Source: Vicinamibacterales bacterium
Lineage (GTDB): Bacteria; Acidobacteriota; Vicinamibacteria; Vicinamibacterales; JAMQPK01
DNA length: 64,000 nt
Assembly (NCBI GenBank): GCA_963832375.1
Contig: CAWHUA010000004.1
Location: 29,352 to 93,351 of the forward strand
Reading direction: 5' to 3'
Shown here piece after piece: positions 47,193 to 55,017 of the stretch. Below the pieces are notes generated by a model that was not told the origin of the DNA, ran no database searches, and worked only from the letters and a program-made list of their open reading frames with translations. Made by a program: the position numbers and the translations under genes. Each line of letters opens with the position of its first letter. The first letter of the stretch is position 1.

Positions 47193-47208
47193 CGGGGTTG
47201 CATCGGAT

Positions 47209-47646
47209 ATGAAACGGCCACGACCCACGTCTGCCGGCCGTCGCGCGACTCCGCGCGGACACGCGGCCCGACGCCGCAACGACCACTCGCAGGAACTGGC
47301 GCAGGACTACGTCGAGATGATCGCCGATCTCATCGCGAAGAACGGCGAGGCTCGCCTCGTCGATCTCGCGCGCGGCCTCGGCGTCACGCACGTGACCGCG
47401 GGGCAGACGCTGCGGCGCCTTCAGACGAGGGGCCTCGTCACGACGCAGCCGTACCGTTCGATTTTCCTGACCTCCACGGGCCGCAGCCTCGCCAAGGAGT
47501 CGCGCGAGCGCCACGATCTCGTCGCCCGTTTCCTGACCGCGCTCGGCGTGCCCGCCAGCGTCGCCGAATCGGACGCGGAGGGCATGGAGCACCACGTCAG
47601 TGCCGAAACGCTGGCGGCCTTCGAGAAGTACCTGCGAAAAGGGTAA
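47209..47646 (+). CDS. DtxR/MntR-family metal-dependent transcriptional regulator
   Basis: EDYVE-like QDYVEMIADLI, HTH LVDLARGLGVTHVTAGQTLRRL, and dimerisation/metal segment RERHDLVARFL...AEGMEHHVS. Confidence 0.7.
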   Translation: MKRPRPTSAGRRATPRGHAARRRNDHSQELAQDYVEMIADLIAKNGEARLVDLARGLGVTHVTAGQTLRRLQTRGLVTTQPYRSIFLTSTGRSLAKESRERHDLVARFLTALGVPASVAESDAEGMEHHVSAETLAAFEKYLRKG

Positions 47647-47667
47647 GATACTTCAGAAGGAGTTCCG

Positions 47668-48126
47668 ATGTCTCGAGGCACCAGTATCGCGCTTGCCGCA
47701 GCGGCGCTTGCATTGGTCGGGTTCGGCGCGGCAGCCCAGCAGAAAGCGTCCGGACCGCTGGTGGAAGTCTTCAAGACGCCCACATGCGGATGCTGCTCGC
47801 AATGGGTCGAGCACATGCGCAAGAGCGGGTTCAATGTCCGCACCACCGATCTCAACGATTTGACCGAGATCAAGAAATCGCGCGGCGTGCCCGACCAGGT
47901 GCAGTCGTGCCACACCGCGGTGGTCAACGGCTACGTCGTCGAAGGACATGTCCCCGCCGCCGACGTGCAGCGGATGCTGAAGGAAAAACCGGCGATCGCC
48001 GGGATCGCGGTCGGCGGCATGCCCGCGGGCTCGCCGGGGATGGACTATCCTGGAGTCACGCCGCAGCCGTTCAACGTGACGTCGTTCGACAAGAGCGGCG
48101 CTCTGCGCGTGTTCGCGAAACATTGA
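47668..48126 (+). CDS. DUF411 (CopG-type) periplasmic metal-binding protein
   Basis: Signal peptide, CGCC motif (TPTCGCCSQW), SCHTAVVNGYVVEGHVP and GMPAGSPGM. Confidence 0.7.
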   Translation: MSRGTSIALAAAALALVGFGAAAQQKASGPLVEVFKTPTCGCCSQWVEHMRKSGFNVRTTDLNDLTEIKKSRGVPDQVQSCHTAVVNGYVVEGHVPAADVQRMLKEKPAIAGIAVGGMPAGSPGMDYPGVTPQPFNVTSFDKSGALRVFAKH

Positions 48127-48850
48127 TCTGATCGACCTGCTCGTTCTCCTCGCCGGCATCGGAGGCGGCGCGGTCGCCTCGATTGCGGGATTCGGCATCG
48201 GCAGCCTGCTGACGCCCGCGATGGCGGCCGCCGCCGGCGCCAGGCTGGCGGTCGCCGCCGTTTCGATTCCTCATGCCGTTGGCACCTCCCTCCGTTTCTG
48301 GCGATTCCGACACGACGTCGATTGGACCCTGGTCAAATCGTTCGGACTCACCAGCGCGGCAGGCGGCCTCACCGGTGCCCTGCTGAACACGTGGGCATCG
48401 AACCGTGCGCTCGAAATCGTCTTCGGCGCGCTCCTCGTGCTGGCCGGCACGTCGCAATTGACGGGCTTCGCCCAGCGCTGGCGCCTGCGAGGTGCGCTCG
48501 CATGGCTCGGAGGAGCCTTATCGGGGTTTTTCGGCGGCCTCGTCGGTAATCAGGGCGGCATCCGCACCGCCGCCATGCTGGGGTTCGACGTCGAGAAGCG
48601 TCAGTTCGTCGCGACGACGACGGCCGTGGCGTTGCTCGTCGATGCCGCGCGCGTGCCCGTCTTCGTCGCGTTCCAAGGTCGCGAGCTCGCGGGGCTCGTC
48701 CCGATCATCGCCCTCGCCACGGTGGGCGTAATCGTGGGCACGCTCTTCGGAGAGACCTTGCTCGCGCACGTGCCCGACAGGCGCTTCCGAATCATCGTCG
48801 GGGCGCTGCTCCTCGCCCTCGGCGCATCTTTCCTGTTCGGGTTCTCCTGA
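48122..48850 (+). CDS. TauE/SafE-family anion exporter; start codon unresolved
   Basis: Track ORF 48221..48850 lacks the first TM segment. The frame is open from 48080 and reads IDLIDLLVLLAGIGGGAVASIAGFGIGSLLTP. Only ATT 48122, CTG 48128 and ATC 48131 are available as starts. Confidence 0.5.
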   Translation: MDLIDLLVLLAGIGGGAVASIAGFGIGSLLTPAMAAAAGARLAVAAVSIPHAVGTSLRFWRFRHDVDWTLVKSFGLTSAAGGLTGALLNTWASNRALEIVFGALLVLAGTSQLTGFAQRWRLRGALAWLGGALSGFFGGLVGNQGGIRTAAMLGFDVEKRQFVATTTAVALLVDAARVPVFVAFQGRELAGLVPIIALATVGVIVGTLFGETLLAHVPDRRFRIIVGALLLALGASFLFGFS

Positions 48851-48866
48851 CGACTCTTCGGACTCC

Positions 48867-48901
48867 TACTTTTTACTTTTCACTTTTCACTTTTTACTCT
48901 C
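48867..48901. repeat. YACTTTT heptamer tandem array in a convergent spacer
   Basis: TACTTTT TACTTTT CACTTTT CACTTTT (T) TACTCTC, between stops at 48850 and 48907. Confidence 0.9.
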
Positions 48902-48906
48902 TGGTT

Positions 48907-49428
48907 TCAGTCCGTCGCCCGGGCCCGGTTTCTGTAAGCTTCGAGGCTGACGATCCTGCCCGCCTCCTGCGCGCGAAGGCTTTCAAACAGATGTTTATCG
49001 ACCGCCCATACGCCCGAGCCGCGGACCGTCGACAGGCGTGGCAGGTTGAGCCCTTCGACCTGTTCGAGCACGTGCTCGAACTCGTGCCCGAGCATCTCCG
49101 CGAAATGTCTGCCCGGCGGCAGGTTGACGTCGGCTTGTATCTCGAATCCCTGGCGGTACACGACGGTCAGCGCGCGGTACGCCGGGGGAATCCTCGTGTT
49201 GATGTGCACGCGAACGAGCAGATTCGACGCCTTCGCGATGCGCTCGCACTGCGATCGGAATGTCGGCGACCGGTCGTAGATGCGTTGGACCACACGATTG
49301 AGGTCGGAGAAAAATTCCACGTTCGCGGGCAGCGTCGACCGCCGGCATTCCCGCTCGTCCGCCGACGTCGCACTTCCGCACAACAGCACGACACTCACCA
49401 TCACACCCACCCAAGGCTCGATCCGCAT
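48907..49428 (-). CDS. small secreted HExxH zincin-like protein (DUF4157-like)
   Basis: The internal ATG 49428 of track ORF 48907..49602 gives a signal peptide. LLVRVHIN ... LGHEFEHVLEQ resembles the DUF4157 VRVH...HELxHVxQ pattern. Confidence 0.4.
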   Translation of the reverse strand: MRIEPWVGVMVSVVLLCGSATSADERECRRSTLPANVEFFSDLNRVVQRIYDRSPTFRSQCERIAKASNLLVRVHINTRIPPAYRALTVVYRQGFEIQADVNLPPGRHFAEMLGHEFEHVLEQVEGLNLPRLSTVRGSGVWAVDKHLFESLRAQEAGRIVSLEAYRNRARATD

Positions 49429-49639
49429 GCGCTCTCCTTGCGTCGAAGCGATGACGCGCGCCGAATGGCGGCAGCCATCGCCCGACGTCCGGAGCATCAC
49501 AGAGCAAGGTAAACGCCAATCGACAAATGTGCGAACTCCCGAAAAACTCTCGGCAAATTCTCCGATCGCCCAATACGTCGCGAACAAGAATGTCCGGACC
49601 AACCGGGAACGTGAACGGGAATGTTGGAGGAGGGGCGCG

Positions 49640-51577
49640 CTAGCGCGCCGAGACGAGACGCAGTTCGGTGGAGGCGTTCGCGTGTTGTGTGTTCTGGGAT
49701 GTGTGCGACGCTTCGTCGCGCCGGGCCGTCCAGATGGCCTGCGCGAGGTGCGGCGCGATCACCTGCACCAGGCGGCTCTGGTTTTCGGTAAATATCGCCG
49801 TCGAGTCCAACGTCAGCGTCCCGACCAGCGACTCGCGTGCGATGAGCGGCACGCTCAGCGCGTATGCGAGCCCTCCCGCCAGACGCGCGCGCTCGCCGAG
49901 GTCGAGCCGCGCCTCGGAGTTCACGATGACCTGACGTTGCGCCGCGACCCAGCCGCTGACGCCCTCGCCGAGGCGGAGCATCGTACCGCCAATCTTGTCT
50001 GCGGCCGGACCTGCCCCGTGACGCAACGCGAGAGAGCCCCTTTCATCGACGGTGTACCACGCAATCGTCGCGCCGGGGACGACATCCTTCACGAGCTTCG
50101 ACGCGAGCGCCAGCACGTCGTTCGTCGACGCATCGCCCGCGGTCAGGCGGGCAAGGCTCACGAACGCCAGCACGTCGTCGGACACCCCGGCGGGTGTCAC
50201 GACGGGCGGTGGCGGCACGGCGACAGGCGCCGCAACGGACCGGGTAATCTGCCGAAGCGCGTCGTGCGGCTGGAACGCCGCCATCTGCGCGACGAGCTCG
50301 CGATGCACGCCGATGAAGGTGTCCACCACGAGCGGTTCGTACATGGTTCCGCGCCGCGCGCGCAGGATGTCGAACGCTTGCTCGTCGGACAATGCGGACC
50401 GGTACGGGCGGTCGGAGGTGAGCGCGTCGAAGCAGTCCACGACCGAAAGAACCCTCGCGCCGATCGGAATATCCGCGCCCACGACGCCCCTCGGGTACCC
50501 GGTGCCGTCCCAGTTCTCGTGATGGCAGCGCACGATGGGCACCACCGGATACGGAAATTCGACGAGCGACAGAATGTCGGCGCCGACGTCGACGTGGCGC
50601 TTCATCTCTTCGAACTCGGCTTCGTTCAGCTTGCCGGGCTTGTTGAGAATGTGTTCCGGCACGGCGAGCTTACCCGTGTCGTGCAGCAGTGCCGCGGCTT
50701 CGATCGCTTTCAGCGTCGCTTCGTCCTTGACGCCCAGCGCGCGCGCCAGGCCGAGCGCGTACACCTGCACGCGCCTGACATGGCTGTGCGTCACGTCGTC
50801 TTTGGCATCGATGGCCATCGCCAGCGTCTCGACCGTCGAGAGGTACAAGCGATCGAGGTGCGCCAGATGGCGGGTCGCATCGTCGAGCCGCCCGATCGAT
50901 GACCGCAACGTCAGGTGCAACACCAGCAGCAGCGGCACCAGCACGAGGATCGTGGCCGTCAGACCCGCCTCGTACATGACGAGGACGAGACAGAACGAGA
51001 CCGACGCGGCCGCAAAGTACGTGGCCATGAGCCAGAGGAAGTGCTCGCGCCACACCGCCAGTGTCGGCCGGTCCGTGTCGAGTGCGACGGCGATCGCAAT
51101 CACCAGCGTGTTCGTGAGGAAGTACACCGCGGTGAACGCGAGCAGCGGCACAACCAGATCGACGGCCGGCGACTGCACCTGCGAGAGCGGCGGCACACCG
51201 GCCATCCAGAAGAACACGTGGCTGCCGGCCCAGACCGCAAACGCGCACGCCGACACATTGAAGGTCACTCGCTCGCGCGCATGACCGCGCTTCGATGACA
51301 CGATGAGCGTGCCGAGCGCCACCGCGAGCGTCGCAGGGGCCGGACCGAAGAGCAGCGCAGTGGTGATGAAAAACGTGTCGGAGACCGTGACTCGGACCGA
51401 GATGGACCCGAGCTTCAGCGAGAACGAGCCGGCCACCGCCGTGAGGGCCGCGAAGATCAGCCACTCGTATCGATGCGGGGTCGTCTGCAGCGAGACAACC
51501 GACTGGACGATGACCGCAACGCCGACGGCGCCAACCGCGAAGACCCACGCACGCAACCCGTTTCGCGGTCCGGTCAT
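49640..51577 (-). CDS. polytopic membrane HD-GYP phosphodiesterase with C-terminal GAF-like domain
   Basis: About 230 aa of TM helices, then HDTGKLAV ... HHENWDGTGYPRG (HD-GYP), then a GAF-like C-terminus. Confidence 0.75.
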   Translation of the reverse strand: MTGPRNGLRAWVFAVGAVGVAVIVQSVVSLQTTPHRYEWLIFAALTAVAGSFSLKLGSISVRVTVSDTFFITTALLFGPAPATLAVALGTLIVSSKRGHARERVTFNVSACAFAVWAGSHVFFWMAGVPPLSQVQSPAVDLVVPLLAFTAVYFLTNTLVIAIAVALDTDRPTLAVWREHFLWLMATYFAAASVSFCLVLVMYEAGLTATILVLVPLLLVLHLTLRSSIGRLDDATRHLAHLDRLYLSTVETLAMAIDAKDDVTHSHVRRVQVYALGLARALGVKDEATLKAIEAAALLHDTGKLAVPEHILNKPGKLNEAEFEEMKRHVDVGADILSLVEFPYPVVPIVRCHHENWDGTGYPRGVVGADIPIGARVLSVVDCFDALTSDRPYRSALSDEQAFDILRARRGTMYEPLVVDTFIGVHRELVAQMAAFQPHDALRQITRSVAAPVAVPPPPVVTPAGVSDDVLAFVSLARLTAGDASTNDVLALASKLVKDVVPGATIAWYTVDERGSLALRHGAGPAADKIGGTMLRLGEGVSGWVAAQRQVIVNSEARLDLGERARLAGGLAYALSVPLIARESLVGTLTLDSTAIFTENQSRLVQVIAPHLAQAIWTARRDEASHTSQNTQHANASTELRLVSAR

Positions 51578-51580
51578 CTC

Positions 51581-53329
51581 TTATTGATCGGTGACGATCG
51601 AATCGCCCCAGATGACCTCTTCGCCTTCCATCTTCCTGGAGTCGCCCCAGATCACTTCCTGGCCCTCGGGATTGGTGAGGTGATCGCCCCAGATGACTTC
51701 CTGATCGGCGGACCATCGCGACACGTCGCCCCAGATCACTTCGTTCGGATGCACTTGCGAGAGCGGGTTTGAGAGACCGAGCAGATTCAACTCATCCGAC
51801 CGCAGGTAGCCCGCGCTCAGCCAGGCCAGCGGCGCCTCGAGGAGCGAGAGGACCCGGAGCCCGTACCCGCGGTAGAGCCGCGTCGTCATCGTGCCGGCAT
51901 CCCAGAACATCACGCCGCTGGCGGGCGTCAGCACGCCGCCGACGAGGGTGGACACGAGATTGGTCAGACCGCTCGACGCCATCTTGCGGCTCGACCAGAA
52001 ATTCACGCTGCCCGCTCCGCCCCCCATCAAACCGCCATCGGCCATGTAGGTGGCGCCGCTCTGCAGTGCCATCTTCAACTGGGCCGGCGTGATCTTGGGA
52101 TGCGCCTGCATCAGAAGTGCGGCGCCGCCGGTGACGACGGCGGCCGACATGCTGGTGCCGCTCAGGTGCATGTAGCCGTTCGTCGAGCTGCCGGCGATGT
52201 GGAACTGCGGATACGTGCGGCGCAGGTACGACCCGCGTGCCTCGAGCGACACAATCTTGTTGCCGGGCGCTACCACGTCGGGCTTGACGGCGTTCTCGAA
52301 CTTCGTCGGCCCGCGCGAGCTGTAAGTCGCCATGATGTCGTCTGAACGATCGGACGTCCCTTTGGTGTTGATCGCACCGACGGTAATCGCGTACGGCGAA
52401 TTGCCCGGCGACGAAATGCCTCCGAGGATCGGCGAACCGTCATCGGTTTTACCCGCGTTCCCCGCCGACGCGATGACGATGATGCCGGCCATGCTCGCCT
52501 TCATCACGGCCTGGCAGAGCGGATCGGTCGTGGACGGCTCGGTGACCGGATGACCGAGCGAAAGGTTGATCGCGCGAATCTTGTACCTGTCGCGATTCTC
52601 GATCACCCACTCGATGCCCGCGATGACGTCGCTGGTGTACCCGGTACCGTCCGGGCCCAGGACGCGGACGTTGACGAGCTTCACGCCTGGTGCGACACCG
52701 CCGCGAAAACCTGTCGTGATGCCGTTCGAGGCCGACCCACCGCCCGCGATGATGCCGGCGATGTGCGTGCCGTGGCCGTGTGCGTCGTCGGTGGAAGGAT
52801 CGCCGGTGACCTTGCTGACGCTGGCGATCACTTTCTGATAGAGAGCGGGGTGATCGGAAATGCCCGTGTCGATGACGGCAACCGTGACGCCCGAGCCGTT
52901 CACGCCTGCAATGCCGCCGATGCCGAGCAAACCACCGTTCTGTCCTGCCCTCACCTGATCGGCCGCGGTCGACGCGTTCGAGACATCCATGAACGGCGCG
53001 ACCAGTGCGTCGCCCGACAGGACGTCGTTGGCCGAATCGGCGGCCAGATCGGACACCTGCCCGCTGTTGGCCAGCACGACCGCCGCGCCATCGAGCCATC
53101 GCGCGATCGCGAGGCCGTGACGCGAGGCCATCGCCTCGATTTCCGTTTTGGATCCGCGTACGATGACGCGCGTGCGCGCAGTCGAGAGGCGCCCTTCGAA
53201 CGACAAGAGATCGCTCGAGAGACTGGCGCGGTGACGTTGCCCGCCGACGCCGAAGGTGGAAGCGGCGATGAGGGCGACGACCGCGAAGAACTTCAAAAAG
53301 CGTGAGCTGGGGAGCCGCACAGTGTTCAT
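51581..53329 (-). CDS. secreted S8 (subtilisin-family) serine peptidase with C-terminal EVIWGD repeats
   Basis: Signal peptide. Catalytic triad motifs VAVIDTGI, HGTHIAGI and GTSMSAAVV. The stop lies 3 nt before the HD-GYP start. Confidence 0.8.
   Translation of the reverse strand: MNTVRLPSSRFLKFFAVVALIAASTFGVGGQRHRASLSSDLLSFEGRLSTARTRVIVRGSKTEIEAMASRHGLAIARWLDGAAVVLANSGQVSDLAADSANDVLSGDALVAPFMDVSNASTAADQVRAGQNGGLLGIGGIAGVNGSGVTVAVIDTGISDHPALYQKVIASVSKVTGDPSTDDAHGHGTHIAGIIAGGGSASNGITTGFRGGVAPGVKLVNVRVLGPDGTGYTSDVIAGIEWVIENRDRYKIRAINLSLGHPVTEPSTTDPLCQAVMKASMAGIIVIASAGNAGKTDDGSPILGGISSPGNSPYAITVGAINTKGTSDRSDDIMATYSSRGPTKFENAVKPDVVAPGNKIVSLEARGSYLRRTYPQFHIAGSSTNGYMHLSGTSMSAAVVTGGAALLMQAHPKITPAQLKMALQSGATYMADGGLMGGGAGSVNFWSSRKMASSGLTNLVSTLVGGVLTPASGVMFWDAGTMTTRLYRGYGLRVLSLLEAPLAWLSAGYLRSDELNLLGLSNPLSQVHPNEVIWGDVSRWSADQEVIWGDHLTNPEGQEVIWGDSRKMEGEEVIWGDSIVTDQ
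51600..51745 (-). repeat. four coding repeats (period 39-42 nt) specifying [EQ]EVIWGD
   Basis: The plus strand has TCGCCCCAGATSAC at 51603, 51642, 51684 and 51726. The protein tail reads NEVIWGDVSRWSADQEVIWGDHLTNPEGQEVIWGDSRKMEGEEVIWGDSIVTDQ. Confidence 0.85.
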
Positions 53330-53653
53330 AAATGGCCTCTGGCAACGGGCGCGGGTGAGAGAGCAATCTCGACGCCAGGCTGTCGGCGTCGTTCTTACAC
53401 GAGGCTTAACTGTTTGATTTATCGAGGCTTAATCGTGTCGGGAAAGTTACGCAGCAGCGCAAGGCCAGACGAGGGTCCTGTGCCAAACCTGCACACGTTT
53501 CTCGCATCGGCGGGCGTGATCGGCGGAATTTCTCAGCAAATCTGCGCCGATCGGCTTCGTGTTCAAGTCCGGCACACCTGTGCCGAGCTGGGGCACTCGG
53601 GCGCGTCGAGGGTGGGACACTGGTTCAAAGGCCCTGACCGATCAGACAATTGA

Positions 53654-54904
53654 GTGCCGAACATGCCGGGACAACAGCTCATCAAAGTTCGCCAGCGATT
53701 CGATCGCACGCACCTCGACGATCCGCGCACCACCCTGCAACAGCAGCTTCAGCGTCTGAACGACCTGGTTCGACCGGATACACGGATCGCGATCGCCGCC
53801 GGCAGTCGCGGCATCGACAACCTCGCCGCGCTCATCACCGGGATCGCCGCGTACGTGCGCGCCCGCGGCGCCCATCCATTCGTCGTGCCCGCAATGGGCA
53901 GCCACGGCGGTGCGACGGGCGTTGGTCAGGCCGCGATCCTCAAGGAGTACGGCATCGTCGAAGAGATCGTGGGCGCGCCCGTGCGGTCGTCGATGGATGT
54001 CGTGGAACTGCCTCGCGGCGAACTGCCGCTCGGGATCTTCATGGATCGGCACGCTTACGAGTCGGACGGCGTCATTCTCGTCAACCGCATCAAGCCGCAT
54101 ACCGACTACCACGGGTCGTACGAGAGCGGCCTGATGAAAATGGCGCTCATCGGCCTGGGCAAGCTGGAGGGCGCACGCGCCGTGCACGAGTTCGGCGTGC
54201 GGGGACTGCGCGAGCTGATCGCGCCGGGAGCGGCGCAGGTGCTGGCAACGGGAAAAATCCTTGCGGGCGTCGGCCTGGTCGAAAACGCGCTGCATCAAAC
54301 ACTGGACGTGCGCGTGTTGATGGCCCGTGAACTCGCGGACGAAGAGCCCCGGCTGCTCGATCTGGCCAGGCGCCACATGCCGCGTCTGCCGGTGGACGAG
54401 GTCGACGTGCTCCTGATCGACCGCATGGGGAAGAACATCAGCGGCGTCGGCATCGATCCGAACGTGACCGGGCGCATCGGCGTGAACGGCGAGGACGATG
54501 CCGAATCGCCGCGAGTTGGGGCGATGATGGTGTGCGACCTCACCGATCAGTCGCATGGCAACGCGATTGGCGTCGGGCTCGCCGACGTCATCACACGCCG
54601 CCTGCACGCGAAGATCGACCGCGACGCGACTTACGCCAACGTGCTGACCAGCGGATTTCTCGAGCGCGGCAAGATTCCGATCGTGGCGGACACACCCCGG
54701 GCCGCGTTCGAGATCGCCATGCGAAGCTGCGGGCGGGGAGCGGACGAGGGTATGCGCGTCTTGCGCATCATGGATACGCTCAACGTCGAAGAGCTCTACG
54801 TCTCGCCGGCCGTCGTCGACGAGCTGCGAAGCCGGCAGGAGCCCGACATCGTCGGCAGCGCCTCGGATTTATTCGATGAACTGGGTGAGTTGACGGCGTT
54901 CTAA
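53654..54904 (+). CDS. LarA-like / DUF2088 domain protein
   Basis: 416 aa. VNRIKPHTDYHGSYESGLMKMALIGLGK resembles the LarA IEPHxxAGFSGGRK region. Weak call made from memory. Confidence 0.4.
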   Translation: MPNMPGQQLIKVRQRFDRTHLDDPRTTLQQQLQRLNDLVRPDTRIAIAAGSRGIDNLAALITGIAAYVRARGAHPFVVPAMGSHGGATGVGQAAILKEYGIVEEIVGAPVRSSMDVVELPRGELPLGIFMDRHAYESDGVILVNRIKPHTDYHGSYESGLMKMALIGLGKLEGARAVHEFGVRGLRELIAPGAAQVLATGKILAGVGLVENALHQTLDVRVLMARELADEEPRLLDLARRHMPRLPVDEVDVLLIDRMGKNISGVGIDPNVTGRIGVNGEDDAESPRVGAMMVCDLTDQSHGNAIGVGLADVITRRLHAKIDRDATYANVLTSGFLERGKIPIVADTPRAAFEIAMRSCGRGADEGMRVLRIMDTLNVEELYVSPAVVDELRSRQEPDIVGSASDLFDELGELTAF

Positions 54905-54942
54905 GCAAAGAACGCGACAACACACACACGGAAAGATCTAAC

Positions 54943-55016
54943 AAGAGATCAGGAGTTCAAGAGATCAGGATTAGTAGTTCTCCTGATCTCCTGAACCCTG
55001 TTTTTTTGTGTTTTTC
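54943..55016 (+). terminator. hairpin plus T-tract terminator built from AAGAGATCAGGAG units
   Basis: GTTCAAGAGATCAGGA (54955-54970), 10-nt loop, TCCTGATCTCCTGAAC (54981-54996; one mismatch), then TTTTTTTGTGTTTTT. An extra direct copy of AAGAGATCAGGAG is at 54943. The gltD stop is at 55018. Confidence 0.6.
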
Positions 55017-55017
55017 G

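Noticed and set aside
53560-53600. Sigma-54 promoter in the GGCAC-rich segment upstream of the LarA-like gene
   Set aside because: In CGGCACACCTGTGCC and GGGCACTCGGGCGCG the GG and GC dinucleotides are not at the canonical spacing (off by one or more positions).
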